From: Lama guanicoe
Lineage: Eukaryota
Assembly: GCA_013239625.1 (NCBI GenBank)
Contig: MU054323.1
Coordinates: 1,922,001 to 1,986,000 of the forward strand
Direction of reading: 5' to 3'
DNA length: 64,000 nucleotides
Each line of letters opens with the position of its first letter. The first letter of the stretch is position 1. The notes below the pieces were generated by a model. It was given only the letters and a program-made list of their open reading frames with translations. It had not been told where the DNA came from and did not search any database. Position numbers and translations under genes: made by a program. Shown in pieces: positions 26,241-39,920 of the stretch.

Positions 26241-26484
26241 TTACAACAGTAGTATAATTAGTAATAATAGTTGTATAATTCTAGTAGTAATGCTTGTAGT
26301 GATAACAGTATTGTTTCGGAAGTAATAGCTGTAATATTAATAACAGGAAATAGTAATAATAGTAAGAAGAGTAGGAATAGTATTTAGTTAATTATGGAAT
26401 TCTGTCCAGGAAGAGAAGTTGTATCTTCTTTAGCCTTTGTTGTATCTCTGCCTCAGAGATCTGGCCAGAACTTCAGTTCTTGAG

Positions 26485-26820
26485 ACCAAGTCTGCAAGAA
26501 ACAAAAATAAAACTTAGCAAAACTGAAGGAGGGGGGAGATAATTTATTTGTTTAAATAACTGAAGATTTAGGGCACAGTCTGACTTCAGCCTGTTTGGAT
26601 CTAGACAATGAAACAGCATCATTTGGTAGAGACCTTTGTTGGCTGTATTTCCCTGTGGTTTGATTTCATTCTCAGGTGGACATTCCTGGCACAGTGGGAA
26701 GGTGATATTAACTATCAGTCCCAGAGGAACAATGCATGCCTTTCACCCACCAAGCCAGCAAAACACCAGTGGAAACCTTTGTGACTGGGCTGGTGCCGGT
26801 GTTTTAAGCCCTAATACTGT
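26485..26820 (-). mobile_element. MaLR MLT1-family LTR remnant
   Basis: TGCAAG.AACAAAAA...AATTTATT.GTT.AAATAACTGAA...TGACTTCAG...TGGATCTAG pattern. Confidence 0.5.
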
Positions 26821-27484
26821 TGATCTCACACAAGTCGTTTCCTCTTTCTGAAAAATTTGTTCCTCTCTTCTGGTTAATTTCAACTCCTCCTTCAGCTCTC
26901 AGATTAAATGTTGCTCCTGGAGGACCTTCTTTTACCACTTAGTCTATGTCAGATTCCTTTATTTAATCAAACAATCATGTTCATTAGCTTAATGTGTAAT
27001 AATCGATTTATTAATATGATCAACTGATTAATAGCTGTCTTGTTCACTAAACTGCAACCTTCAGAAGAGCACAAGTGGTTTTTACACACTGTAGTGCTTA
27101 GCAGATAGTAGACAATTACAAAATATTTGCTGATGTGAAAGAAGGAAAAGTATGATAAAAAAGTTTATGATAAAATTCCATACCTTCCAAAAGCTACTTA
27201 CAGGAAGCAAGATTATATTTATCAGTTATTTTGTGTAGCTTCTGTAAGATGACTTGCTGCAGGAGGCTAGTCTGACTAGCTTGAAGCCAAGGGTGGGGTA
27301 CATGTGCAGCTCCACTTATATTTGGGCTTCTTTGCAAAATCCTCCTTATCTGGGTTCTTGGATAATTCTTCATTTCCTATTCCTGTCACTAAAACTGTAT
27401 TTTCCCCTTTTCTCTTGGTAGCTTATTGGGCTTGGGAATTTGTTTAGATTAATGGACTGCTGAATATACAGAAAACTGACTCTG

Positions 27485-29055
27485 TCAAAATATATTACAA
27501 AGCTACAGTAATCAGAACACAATGTTACTGGCATAAAAACAGACAGATAGACCAATGGAACAGGATAACCCAGAAACAAACTGATACATTTATAGTAAGC
27601 TGATCCTTGACAAGAATGCCAGGAACACAATTGGGAAAAGATAGTCTCTTTAATAAATGTTCCCAGGAAAACAGGATAGCCACATGCAGAGGGAAAAAAC
27701 TGGATCTTTATCTCATACTACATGCAAAAATCAATTCAAAATGGATTAAAAACTTAAATTTAAACTTAAAACTATAAAACTGCTAGAAAAAAATATAGGG
27801 GAAAAGCTTCTTGACTTTGGGCTGAGCAGTGAGGAGACAACTTATAGAATGAGAGAAAATATTTGAAAAATATACATCTGATTAGGGGTTAATATCTGAA
27901 ATATACAATCAACTCAGATAATTCAACAGCAATGAATTAAAAATCCAACTTAAAAATGGTCAAGGGCCTGTTTAGACATTTCTCAAAAGAAGACATACAG
28001 ATGGTCAACAAGTATAAGCAGAGATACTCAAAGACACAAATCATCCGGAAAACACCAATTAAAACCACTAATTCAAAAAAAATTTGCATTCGGATGTTCA
28101 TTGCAGCATCACTTACAATAGCCAAGATATGGAACCTGCCTAAATGCCCATCAACAGAAGAATGGATAAAGAAGATGTGGCATATAGATACAATGGAATG
28201 TTACTCAGCAATAAGATGAAATCTTGTCATTTGCAACAACATGGATAGACCTAAAGAGAATTATGCTAAGTGCGAGTAATCAATCAGAGAAAGACAGATA
28301 CTGTATGATTTCACTTATATGTGAAATCTAAAAAGCAAAAGAAGTGTACACACATAACAAAACAGAAACAGAGTCGAGAACAATCTCAAGGTCGCCAGAG
28401 AGGAGGTGGGTGTGGGGAGGAGAGAAGTAAGTAATGAAGATTAGGAGATACGACCTTCCAGTTACAAAATAAATGAGTCCAGGCTGTGAAACGTATAGTG
28501 TGGGAATATAGCCAAGAATTATGTAACATCTTTGTATGGTGACAGATGGTAACTAGACTTATTATGGTGATTATTTTGAAATCTATAGAAATATTGAATC
28601 ACTATATTATATAATAGGAACTAACATGGTGTTGTAAGTCAATTAGACTTCCAAAACAAAGAAACAAACCCAAAAAACTCAGAAAAAGAGATCAGTTTTA
28701 TGGCTATCAGAAGTAGGGAGAAAGGCGAGGGAGACTTAGATGAAGGTGGTCAAAAGGTACAAACTTCCAGTTATAAGATAAGCAAGTACTAGGGGTATAA
28801 TGTACAACATGATAAATACAATTATCAGTGCTCTATGTTATATATGAAAGTCGTTAAGAGAATAAATCCTAAGAGTTCTCATCAGAAAAAATTTTTTTCT
28901 TTTTCTTTTCTTTTGTATCTATATGAGTTGATAAATGTTCATTAAATTATTGTGGTAGTCTTTTCATGATGTATGTAAGTCAAATCTTTATGTTGTACAC
29001 CTTAAATTTATACAATGCTGTATGTCAATATATCTCAATGTAACTGGAAGAAAAA
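27485..29055 (+). mobile_element. 5'-truncated, internally deleted LINE-1 (ORF2 C-terminus plus bipartite 3' UTR)
   Basis: ORF 27956-28219 reads RHFSKEDIQM and CIRMFIAASLTIAKIWNLPKCPSTEEWIKKMW (L1 ORF2); 3' UTR motif (A)CTTCCAGTTA.AA.ATAA occurs twice. Confidence 0.92.
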
Positions 29056-29095
29056 TGTTTTAAAATGTATATGCAGATCAGAATATTATGTTGTA

Positions 29096-29474
29096 GTCAA
29101 ACAGAGAAAGACAAACATATGATATCACTTATATGTGGAAGCTAAAAAAAAGACACAAATGAACTTATTTATAAAACATAAAGAGACTCACAGACACAGA
29201 AAGCAAACTGACAATTACTGGAGGGGATGGGGGAAGGAGGGATAAAATAGGAGTTTGGGATTGGCATGTTCAAACTACTATGGGAAGAATAAGTAAATAA
29301 CAAGATCCTACTGTATAGCACAGGGAACCACATTCAGTGGCCTGTAGTAACTTGTACTGAAAAGAATATGAAAAAGAATATATATATATACATATATGTA
29401 TGTACAACCAAATCACTATGCTGTACGCCAGAAACTAATACAACATTGTAAATCAACTATACTTCAATAAAAAA
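29096..29474 (+). mobile_element. Younger artiodactyl-type LINE-1 3' end inserted into an older L1 3' end
   Basis: CTACTGTATAGCACAGGGAAC...CAACATTGTAAATCAACTATACTTCAATAAAAAA; diverged TSD AATATTATGTTGTA (29082-29095) / AACATTATATTGCA (29473-29486); host L1 tail resumes to about 29555. Confidence 0.85.
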
Positions 29475-30160
29475 CATTATATTGCACACTTTAAATATAT
29501 ACAATATTTATTTGTCAATTATACCTCAGTAAACCTAGAGAAAATAAAAAGAAAAATGAGGCTGGAGAAGTCAACAGTGGGTACATGTCATCAAAGACTA
29601 GATAGATCATGCTGAAAGCGAACAGGAATATTTCATCTTAAAGGCAATGGAAAGTCAATTGTAGGGTGATTTAAATAATGGTTTTAGAAAAAAATCAAAA
29701 TAATGATGATGGTCATAATAACTAGATTTAGTAAGCTCGTACAACGTGCAAAGTTTTGTGCTGAAGAATTACTTGCTCAACCTCTGTAATCCATCAACAT
29801 CCTTATATTCATGTAAAGCTAATTTGTATAATTATCCATATTTTACAAATGAAGAGACGGAGGTTTTTAAATGTTAAATAATTTTCTTAAGTCACATAGC
29901 TAGTTAATAGCAGAGTCAGGGACACGAATGCAGTGTTACACAGTCCAAAAAAACAGTCACCTGAACCCCACCCTCTGCAGTGCAATGGGATAAGAAGAAG
30001 GAATGCATTTCACTTGTATTCTGATAAAATCTAAAAATAACTTGGAACTTCCAGAGTAGCAGTTACTTTAAAAGTCTTGATTTTATCTTTATTTTTTGGA
30101 AGAAAGTACAGATGGAAACTTCCATGGACATGTGACGAGTCCTCACAAAATCAACATAGA

Positions 30161-30397
30161 CAGGGACAGACTGGGAGTTCAAAATTTGTAAATACTGACA
30201 GACATGCAGAATAGATAAACAAGATTATACTGTATAGCACAGGGAAATAAATACAAGATCTTGTGGTAGCTCACAGAGAAAAAAAAGTGACAATGAATAT
30301 ATGCATGTTCAAGTATAACTGAAAAATTGTGCTCTACACTGGAATTTGACACATTATTGTAAAATGACTATCACTCAATAAAAAATGTTAAAAAAAA
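30161..30397 (+). mobile_element. Young LINE-1 3' end (camelid-type)
   Basis: GGGAGTTCAAAATTTGTAAATACTGAC...TATACTGTATAGCACAGGGAAA...TGACTATCACTCAATAAAAAA. Confidence 0.85.
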
Positions 30398-31559
30398 CAG
30401 ACAATTATGTGATAAGCAGTCACATAAAGTTAATAATATCTATTAATCCTTTTGGTGATTGCTTGAGATGCCAGAATTGGTAAAGAGCAAATAAACAAAT
30501 GTACACATTAGACTGTGTTTCCTAGCCCACTTGTTTAGCCAAATCAACTATAATCTGTGAAAACTGAAAACTAGGGCCAGCATTATTTGTATTAAAACAA
30601 AACTGGATGTTTATTAACAGAAATTGATTAAATAAGTTGTAGTATTGCTATACAATGAAATAATCCACAAGTATTAAAAGACTTATATGTTGACTTTTAA
30701 AATGTTAAAATTATATTGAGTGACAAAGCAAATCATAAAATGTATGCAAACATGTTTGTTTATATTTTCATATTTCATACAAAATGTCTGGGCAGTGGCA
30801 ACCTTTAGTGAGATCACGGGTAGGAACAGCGTGAATGAACTGTGTTAATTCCATACCATTCACTGCTACTTGATTTTAATAGCAAGCACATATTATTTTG
30901 TAATAACAATTTAAAAACATCCTCTATGAGAAAAACTATGCAAGTTCCTCTGGCATTTTCTGCATCTTAAGACAAAGTATAGAAAAAAGCTCTTTAATAC
31001 CCTGACAAAGTGTTTACAAAGATTTTATTAGAGACAGAAGCAATATAAATATTTACAAGCAAAACTCTTATAGTCATGTTATGGAGAAAAGACTATTTTT
31101 TGTATGACTCATATTGAATTCTCTAAAGCATAAAATAAAAATGCAGGCTTCCTGTATAACCCACAGAGTAATGAAAAAGCCATGGGAATGTATCTTTATT
31201 GTAGTTTTGAAAAAGTGATATTATAGTGGGAAATCAGAGAATATTCTACAGCAGCAGTTTAATTTAGTTTCCTTAAAGTAGGAATAAATTTCTTTAAGAA
31301 ACTTGGTAGATGTTTTTAAATTTAAACCTCATATAAAATTTTACTGATGTATTGATGTAGACATAAGTTTCATTCAAAATGAAAGAAAAAGCTCTTCCTG
31401 TGTTTTTAATGGTCACTCATCCTGTTTACAATTACTGAAGCAGAGTTTATGAATATCCACTTTCTTCAATCAAAACAAAAAGTTTTAAATTTGAGTCTGA
31501 TTAACTAAAACTTGGAATCTGTTTTAAAGGAAAATTTGACTTAATGCTTTAATGCCTGC

Positions 31560-32420
31560 ATAGCAGTATCCATTCAACTCGATACTACTGAGTCCGCTAG
31601 GTTGATCTGGGCAGTGCATCAGGGTATCAACCACAATTTGATAATGTACCGGAGTAAGGGAGTGGGAAGAATAAAATATGGCACTCAAGTTTCTGGCAGC
31701 GGCACTTTGGTGGACATTGGTTCCATCCAGGGAGACGCAGAACATGCATGAAATGGTTAGTTAGTGAGAGAAAGGAGAATAGTTCAACTCAGGTCATGTG
31801 GAGTTTGATTCGTACAGATGGAGATTACCACTGGCAATTAAATTTGTTAAGTTTGACATTTGCATAACGATTCACACTGTATATAGTGTGCGTGTATGTG
31901 TGTGTACACACACGTGTATTTGTAGATATCACTTCGATCAGGGCAACTGCTGATGAATAGAATGCTTTTGTGTAAATTAGAAAAATGCACTCCCTCTACG
32001 CAAACACTGGCCCTGGGGTACACAACCTGGCAAGCTGAGCACAGACCGGATTTCTGCCTACACTCTCTTTTTCACCTTAGCACATTAAGGTAGTGCACAA
32101 CCTGCACAACTTTACCTGTGGCCTTGAATTAAATAACAAGTGAAATCTTGGGGGTGAAAGGGATTACCTGGAAAGAGTAGTTAGAATGAGAAGGCGATGT
32201 CTACTGAGCGATGGCTAAGGAAGGCTAACGTTTAAGAGATGGGAAAAGGGATATTGCCCATAAAATGATTGAGAAAGATCAGTCAAGGAGATTAGGGGGA
32301 AAGTGTTAATGTGGAAACCAAGAAAAGCCAATATTTAAGAAAGAGTTTCAAGCAGTGTCAAAAGCTGCAGAACAGGCAAGTAAAATGAGATGGAAAAATT
32401 TCCACTGAATCTTTCAGCAT
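31560..32420 (-). mobile_element. LINE-2 remnant, interrupted by MER91
   Basis: AGTTCAACTCAGGTCATGTGGAGTTTGA and CAGTGTCAAAAGCTGCAGAACAGGCAAGTAAAATGAGA L2 motifs. Confidence 0.6.
31939..32126. mobile_element. MER91-like hAT-Tip100 DNA transposon fossil
   Basis: CAGGGC...TTGTGTAAATTAGAAAAATGCAC...GTGCACAACCTGCACAAC...GGCCTTG termini. Confidence 0.6.
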
Positions 32421-32639
32421 TATACTAATACAAAACAATGAATTACATTAGCACAAACCCCCTTTTGATCACTATTTATTCCTTGTGAATTAAAAATTCC
32501 ACCAGGGTTTTAAAAGTCTGGTCTCAGAGTCATCAATATGAAAACCACTTCTTTTCTTGGACACTGACTGTGTTGAAATGTAAACAGTCAAATAAAGATA
32601 TATTAACATAAACTATGCAAATATTGAACAATTGAGTCT

Positions 32640-32880
32640 GAATAATAGCTACCATTTATCTGGCTTCCTCTGTATATAAGATACTCTGCATATTACCTTA
32701 TTTCAACCTCACAGCAACCTTAGGAGATAGATATCATTATATCATTTTTACAGATGAGGAAATTGAGATTCAGAATTGAATTACTTGTTCTAGGATGAAT
32801 AGTGATAAGTGAATGAGTTGAAATTTTGTCCCAGGTCTGATGATTCCACATCCCACGCCTTTTCCTCTGTCATTGTGCCT
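32640..32880 (-). mobile_element. MIR SINE
   Basis: AATAATAGCTACCATTTAT...CCTCACAGCAACCTTAGGAGATAG...TTTTACAGATGAGGAAATTGAGATTCAGA. Confidence 0.8.
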
Positions 32881-33460
32881 GCGGAATTCTAAGGTTTTAT
32901 ATTTAAACACTCCCTGCCTTCTGGTATTCACTCCTGACTATCAAGCAGCCACCAGCTAACAACTGCAGAATTTTTTGAGATATTATGTGGTCTCTCACTG
33001 TGGTAGCCTGGCATGACCCTTGGTAGATGAATGCCACATTCTCCATCAATCCAAACTCAGTATCATCAAAACTGGGGCTTGTTTTACAACATAGACCTTG
33101 CCAGGCAATCAAAGTGGTGGTGTTTATTTTCACAACTGCAGTGATTATTGTCCTTAAATCAAAAATGCGTTAGTGGTCTATAAATCAAAGATCAGATGTT
33201 AAATTGCTGAACTGCCAAGGAAGAAGTCAAAAAGAACAAACATCACTTCAAAAAGCTGTAAATTTTCCACTACTCCCAGATTCTCCGTCAACCTTGGACT
33301 TTATCTCTCTTCTGTATTCTAGAGACAAGTCCTGAGTTTGCTGTGTATGGGGAGAGTAATTAAATCTCCAGATCCTGTTATCCTGAAAGAAGGCCCTAGA
33401 ATTGAACTGACATTTGATTACATGAACAGATAAGTTCTCTTTTATTGCTTAAGCTAATTC

Positions 33461-35838
33461 AAAATAGACATTTGACAAAATAACAACATCTTTCCATGAT
33501 AAAAGCTCTCAACAAATTGTGTATGGAAGGAACAAACCTCAGTACAATGGAGACCACGTATGACAAGCCCACAGCGAATATCATACTCAATGGTGAAAGT
33601 TTGAAAGCTTTTTTTTTAAAGTCTTAGGAATAAGGCAAGGGTGTCCACTCTCACTACTCCTGTTACTGGAAGCCCTAACCAGAGAAATCAAGCAAAAATA
33701 AGTAAATAAAAGGTATTCAAATCAGAAAGGAAGAAGTAAAATTGTCTGTTTGCAGATGATATTATCTTATGGGTAAGAAATCTTAAAGACTCCATCAAAC
33801 AAACAAACAAAAAATTGTCAGAACTAATCAATGTATTCTATAAGGTTGCAAAATACAAAATCAACATTCAAAAATTGCTTGCAGTTTTATACACTAACCA
33901 CAACATACCTAAAAAAGAGACAAAGTAAACAGTCCATTCATGATAGCTTCAAAACAATAAAATACTTAGGAATAAATTTAATCAGAGATGTGAAATGTCT
34001 GTACACTAAAAATTATAAGCTTTAATGAAGAAATGGAAAAAGACACAAATAAATGGAAAGGTATCCTGTGTTCATGGGTCAGAAGAATCAATATTGTTGA
34101 GATGTACAAAAATTCATATGAAACTACAAAAGACCCCAAGTAGCCAAAGAAATCTTGAGAAAGAACAAAGCTGGAGGCATCACAGGTCCCGATTTTTAAC
34201 TATATTGTAAGATTAGAACAATCAAAACAGTATGGTACTGGCATAAAAACAGACAGATGGACCAATGGAACAGAATAGAGAACCCAGAAGTAAACCCTGG
34301 CATATATAGTCAACTAATATTTTACAGGAGAGCCAAGAGAACGTGATGGGAAAGGATATTCTCTTCAATAAATGGGATTGGGGAAAACTGGATAATCACA
34401 GGCAAAAGAATGAAATTGGATCCCCACCTTACACCCCTCACAAAAATTAACTCAAGATGGATTAAGAGGGGCAGGGTATAGCTCAAGTGGTAGAGCACAT
34501 GCTTAGCATACACAGGGTCCTGGGCTCCAAACCCCAGTACCTCCTCTAAAAATAAATAAATAAGTAAACCTAATTACCTCCCAAATAAAATAAAATAAAA
34601 TAAAATAAAATAAAATAAAATAAAATAACTATTTAAAAAAAGATGGATTAAGAGTTAAACATAGGCCATAAACTGTAGAATTTCTAGGGGAAAAAAAGGG
34701 AAAACAGCTCCTTGACATTGATCTCGGCAATAATTTTTTGGGTAAAATACCAAAAATGCAAACAACAAAAGCAAAAATAAACAAGTGGGACGACACCAAA
34801 CTAAAAGGCTTCTTCACAGCAAAAGAAACAATAAACAAAATAAAAAGGCAACCTATGAAACGGGAGAAAATATTTGTGAACCATCTATCTGCTAAGGGGT
34901 TTGTATCCAAAATATATAAGAAATTCATAAAACTCAACAGCAAAAGATCGTCTGATTTTAAAATGCCATTCTAGAATGGCAGTTATCTTAAAGACAAGAG
35001 ACAAGTGTTGACAAGCTGTGGAGAAACGGGAACCCTGTGCACTGTTGGTGGGAATGTAAATTGGTGCAGACTCTATGGAAAACAGAGGTTCCTCAAAAAT
35101 TAAAAATAGAACTATTATATGATTCAACAATTCCATTTCTGGGTATATATCTGAAGGAAATGTAATGATCATCTTGAAGAGATATACTCACCCCCGTTTT
35201 CATTGCAGCATTATTCACAATACTCAAGACATGCAAACAACCTAAGTGTCCATCAATAGATGAATGGATAAAAAGTTATAAACAAACAAATAAAATAAAT
35301 ATTATTCAACCATAAAAAAGGAAAGAAATCCTGCCTTTCGTAACAACATGGATGGACCTTGAGGACATTATGCTAAGTGAAATAAGCCAGAGAGAGAAAG
35401 ACAAATTCTGTAGGATCTCAGTTATATCTAGAAACTAAAAATACTGAACTCATTGAAATAGAGAGTAGAATGTTGATTGCCAGGGCTGTGGGATTGCCAG
35501 GGGGTTGGTGGCAGGTGGGGATAGGGAAATGTTGGTCAAAGGATTTGTACAAACTTCCAACTATAAGATACAAGCTCTGGGATTCTACTGTACGGCATGG
35601 TGACTGTAATTAATAATCTTGTATTATATACTTGAAATTTGTTAAGAGACTAAGATCTTAAATGTTATCAGCACACACAAAAATGGTAAATATGTGAGGG
35701 AATGAAGGTGTCAACTAACTTCATCATGTTAATAGTTTTGCAATAGATACATTTACCAAATCATCATGTTGCACAACTTAAATTTACATATGTTATATAT
35801 TAGTAATATCATCATAGACCTGGAGCCAAAAAGAAAAA
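33461..35838 (+). mobile_element. 5'-truncated LINE-1 (ORF2 RT/C-terminal part plus L1MA-type 3' UTR), degenerate
   Basis: ORF2 peptides IKYLGINL and KAKINKWDDTKLKGFFTAKETINKIKRQP; 3' UTR with GTACAAACTTCCAACTATAAGAT. Confidence 0.95.
34469..34639 (+). mobile_element. tRNA-derived SINE (camelid Vic-1-like) nested in L1, with perfect 15-bp TSD and (AAAAT)n tail
   Basis: GGGTATAGCTCAAGTGGTAGAGCACATGCTTAGCAT...; TSD AAGATGGATTAAGAG at 34454-34468 and 34640-34654. Confidence 0.95.
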
Positions 35839-36717
35839 ACCCAAAAAACAGGCAATAGGGATACACAGAAGGAAGAGGCTAGTTCTGCAGGAACAGAGGA
35901 GAGGAGAACATTTAGGAATGACCAGAGAGAGAGCATTCCTATTTTGCATTATGCAAATAATGTGATGTTGAGGTGACTTCTAGTCATTGCTTATGGATGG
36001 GAAAGTAATCATCCTACTAGATCCAAACTTAAAAAAAAAATCTCTGCCTCATTGGATAGACTCATGAATGTCAATACGGATGTCAATTGCATCTGTAATT
36101 ATCCTTTCTCAGAAAAGCTGCTCTGAGAAAATAGATCTTTTCCAGAGAAAAACTGAATCATCTCTTTTTAGACCTCTTATTTATATACTAATTATATATA
36201 TATACATTATATACATATATATATATATATACACACACATATATATGTCAGATGTATTGAGGTAGAGAAAAAGAATACCGCAAAGAATGTGCTGATAATC
36301 CATAAGCATTCATCTGTGCAATCACTCATTCAGTCAGTGATAGGCGAAATCTACTGTGGGCCGGGCACTGCTCTAGATGATGGAATCACAGCAGTGAATG
36401 CAACAAAAACGTCTAGAGACTAAATGATGCACCAGTCCTGGGAAAAACCAACCCTACATAGTGAATACCGATATATCTGTATCTATAGCTCTATGTCCAT
36501 ATATCTGTATCTATATCCATACACACATGTATAGCTCATTTATACATATATATAATCAAATTTTACTTTCATTTATGTTTTTCCTTCTTTGCAGCTCATG
36601 TTTTATTTCTTCCCATTGTGTCATTATCTATTCCATAACTTTTGCATTTTTTGCCTTCTGTATTTGTTAGTGTTAACTGTTTCATTGCATTTTTTTCTTT
36701 CTTAAATTATGAATATT

Positions 36718-37196
36718 GATCAGTGTTTTTAGTTGCAGGAGACAGAACTTACACTAGATGGTTAAAGCAAAAGGGTTTATTAAAGGTGATTCACTAGCTC
36801 ACAAACTCCTGGAGGACTAGGAAACTAGGCTTGGATACTATACAGCCAGGGAAATGCTTGACCACACACAGGCAATATTCTAGCAGAAAGTGATTGCTGC
36901 TCCCCTCTCCGCTCAGCTCCTAGAACACTGAGGATCATTCTCTAGAAACTCCACCCCAGTACCCCAGAAACCATGACCTGTCTTGCATCTTGCCACAAGA
37001 TCAGTTTCTTCATATGCAGATCTCATTATTTGCTTCCTTCTCCAAATCTTAGGTGGGTGGTGTTGCTTATTGGATCTTTGTCACAGGCAGAACTCTGGTT
37101 ATAAAGGAGTCTGTATTTCCCAGCCAGCTAGAAAAGCTAGAAGAGAGTAGGAGGGGATATTGATATAGATTGGCCAATCTATAATATCTATTACAT
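36718..37196 (-). mobile_element. MaLR MLT1-family LTR (old)
   Basis: TCAGTGTTTTTAGTTGCAGGAGACAGAAC...GGGTTTATTAAAGG...AGCTCACAAACTC.TGGAGG. Confidence 0.6.
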
Positions 37197-37944
37197 CATA
37201 ATGAAACGTTTGATCGCAATTTTCACTTTGTCTATAGCTAGACTTTTCTGATGAAAATACTTTAGATACTGTGCATTCTCTGTTTCTTTTATTCTTTTGT
37301 TGTTGTTTGTTTGATTCTTCTAGTATCTACATAGTGCTTATTCTGGCTCCTTTTTGAACATTTATCTTGAGCAGTTGGCTTCTTCTGGGACCAGCTTTCT
37401 GGAGTGCTTGCGGACAAGGAACAGAGAAGTACTTGAGGCCAGTAGGAATTTTCCTACATCCCAGGGTTGTTTGTAAGTTCATTTAGCCTTTATTTCTTTC
37501 CACACACCAGAGAAAGGCATCTATTGGTGTCTGCAGGACTGCTTAAAATCTAAGTTTCCTCTTCTACCGTATGTTCCTTGTGTGATTTTGTGATCAGTCC
37601 CCCCTATACTTCTTGCACCAGCATCCTCCAGGGAAGCTCTCATTGCTGGATGCACACCCAGTGACCTGATGTGCACCTCAGCACGCCCTGTCCCTGACAA
37701 GGTCATTTTGATTGCTCTTTCTGAGATACTCAGCCATGGGTTTCACATTTCTGCTTTCTCCCAAGACCCTGTTCAATACTTCACTGCTTTGGGCACCTTT
37801 GGTATATTTTGTGATTTTAATTGTCTGCTGGTTCCCTTAAAGGTGTGGCTTACAGCTTTCTTTCCATCATCCTTGCTGGTTTTACATGATTTATGAAAGG
37901 AGAGGGAAAAGACTGTTTCACACTAACATATTTAAAACCTACCC

Positions 37945-38790
37945 CCTTCTTGAAACGTCCTTCACTCTCCTCCGTGTCCACCTCTTAATGGTTGCTGCTT
38001 CCCGGTCACTTTTGCTAGATTGCTTCCTTGGTTCCACCCTCTATCCGTTGGACTAGCACAGGATTCAATTCTTAGAACTTCTCTCTCTCTCTGTGATCGC
38101 ATCCAGTTCCAAAACTTGATATTTGCTGATGCTTCCCAAATTTGTGTTTGTGTTCCTAACCTCTCCACCTGGGCCCCAAATTCAGATCTGCTTACTCATC
38201 ATCATCATTCAGGTAGCTACTACGCATCTCAAGTGTATCATGCCCCAAACTGGGTTCCTTTTTCAAATTTCCCTGTCAGACTTAGAGCACCATCATTTTT
38301 ACCCAGTTGCTTCCCATCACACTTAAAAGATAAACCCAAGACTCTGATCTATAAGGTCCTTCATGATCTGGCATCTATCTCGTTGACTCCTCTCCTGCTG
38401 CCCTCTACCCTACCCCTTCGGCTCCATCAATGCCAGCCTCCTGGCCGATCCTCAGGGAACCTCACGTGCTCCTGTTTCAGGCCCTTTACACCTGCTGTTT
38501 CTCCATCCTGGAACTCTTTTCTCCTGACATTGCCTGGCTGTCTCTCCCACTTCAGTGAAGATCACATTTTTTTTCTTATAAAGGACTTTCCTCTCCATCT
38601 TAGACAACTTTGCCACTCCATCTTCTTGACTTACTTTTTTTTAAATACATATATCCTGCTGGGTATAATAATTTGCATTTATGTGTATCCTACGTGCTAT
38701 ACCCTTACTAATGTAGCCCCAAGAGGGCAGGAACTCAGGGCCTAATGCACAGTAGGCTTTCAGTTCCAGTATACAAATCAGTAAATGAAT
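37945..38790 (+). mobile_element. LINE-2 remnant
   Basis: CCTTCTTGAAAC..CCTTC.CTCT, GCTGATGCTTCCCAAAT, AAGGTCCTTCATGATCTGGC and 3' GCACAGTAGGC...AAATGAAT. Confidence 0.8.
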
Positions 38791-39119
38791 ACATATGTAC
38801 GCATCGTGTTCCTTATCTAGGGAATCTGATGGTAGATTATTGCGCAGATCCCTGGTTCTTCATTTCTTTATATTAAAGAATTGACCACCTGGACAAAAAG
38901 CTTGTTTTCAGGTGCTAAAATGACTGGGAATGTAGGACATTGGCGGTCACATTTTTTCTGGGCATCTGTGAACAGCAGAATCAGGATTAGGATCCAGTGA
39001 TTAAGCAGAGCTTACATACTTCACTACGGCACCAGCTTGCTGACATCCTGGAAGTATCAGCATTTCTTCTGGGCTATTTCAGTAGCATCACTTAACACCC
39101 CGTATCCGGTTAGCCTTTT

Positions 39120-39920
39120 TCAATCCATCCGACACCCAGAAATAGTGCTTTTTCTAACATGTAAATCTAATCACGTCAATGTCTTCCTTAAAACATCAAC
39201 TTAGAACCCATCTAATAGCAATCTAATCCAACCTAGTGCAGAATGCCTGATTTACCCACTTTCCTGTCAGTACCATTTCACCCGGGGGGGCAGTCTCAAA
39301 CCTGACTGAGCTCTGCATTTTTCAGCACAGACCATCCCCGCATGTGCTTTTCTTTGTGTTCTTTCTCCTCAGGGACTTCACATTTGAAGTTCCTTCTGAC
39401 CGTTGCTTCCCGCTCTGTCTGTTTCCCCCCCATTCCTCCATTCTTTATCTAAACCCCTCTCTGTCTTAAAGACTCAGCTTGGGCTCCATGTCTTCTAAGA
39501 AGACATCGTTGAGTGTTTCTCTACTTAATCCTTCATACAGCCTGTGTCCAAAGAGAAAAAAGGAGAGAGAGGACGAAAACAAAAGAACAAAACCCAAGAG
39601 ACAGTAAAGGGAAGAGAAGAAACGAGGGGGCATCAGGAAGTAAAATGATATGTTGAGGAATGAACTAGGAGAAAAAGAGAAGAAAAACTAGACACAGCTA
39701 ATGGGGTCTCAGAGGCTGCCCCTGGGTCTTACACAGTTTGGGAAATGACTGATCTCTGAGCGAAAAACCTCCTTTGTGCTAACACGCTGCCTTATTAGAG
39801 CACTTGTAATTCTTCCGAGACTGTGAGCAATCTGGGGACAGTGGTTCCTTCACTGACAGCTCTGTGTTAGCAGTGTCTGGCACACCCTCGGCTCTATAAA
39901 TGTTTCTTGACTGGATGGAT
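39120..39920 (+). mobile_element. LINE-2 fragments interrupted by a purine-rich tract
   Basis: AACATGTAAATCTAATCACGTCA, AAGACTCAGCTT...TCTTCTAAGAAG, GACTGTGAGC...CAGTGTCTGGCACA...ATAAATGTTT.TTGA.TG.ATG. Confidence 0.6.

Noticed and set aside
27937..35172. ORFs with protein-like sequence (27956-28219, 33831-34210, 34738-34974)
   Set aside because: Fragments of disrupted LINE-1 ORF2, not host genes.
38020..38745. Longest ORF (241 aa)
   Set aside because: It lies within a degenerate LINE-2, starts at TTG, has the Leu/Ser/Pro-rich composition expected from pyrimidine-rich DNA, and shows no recognisable domain.
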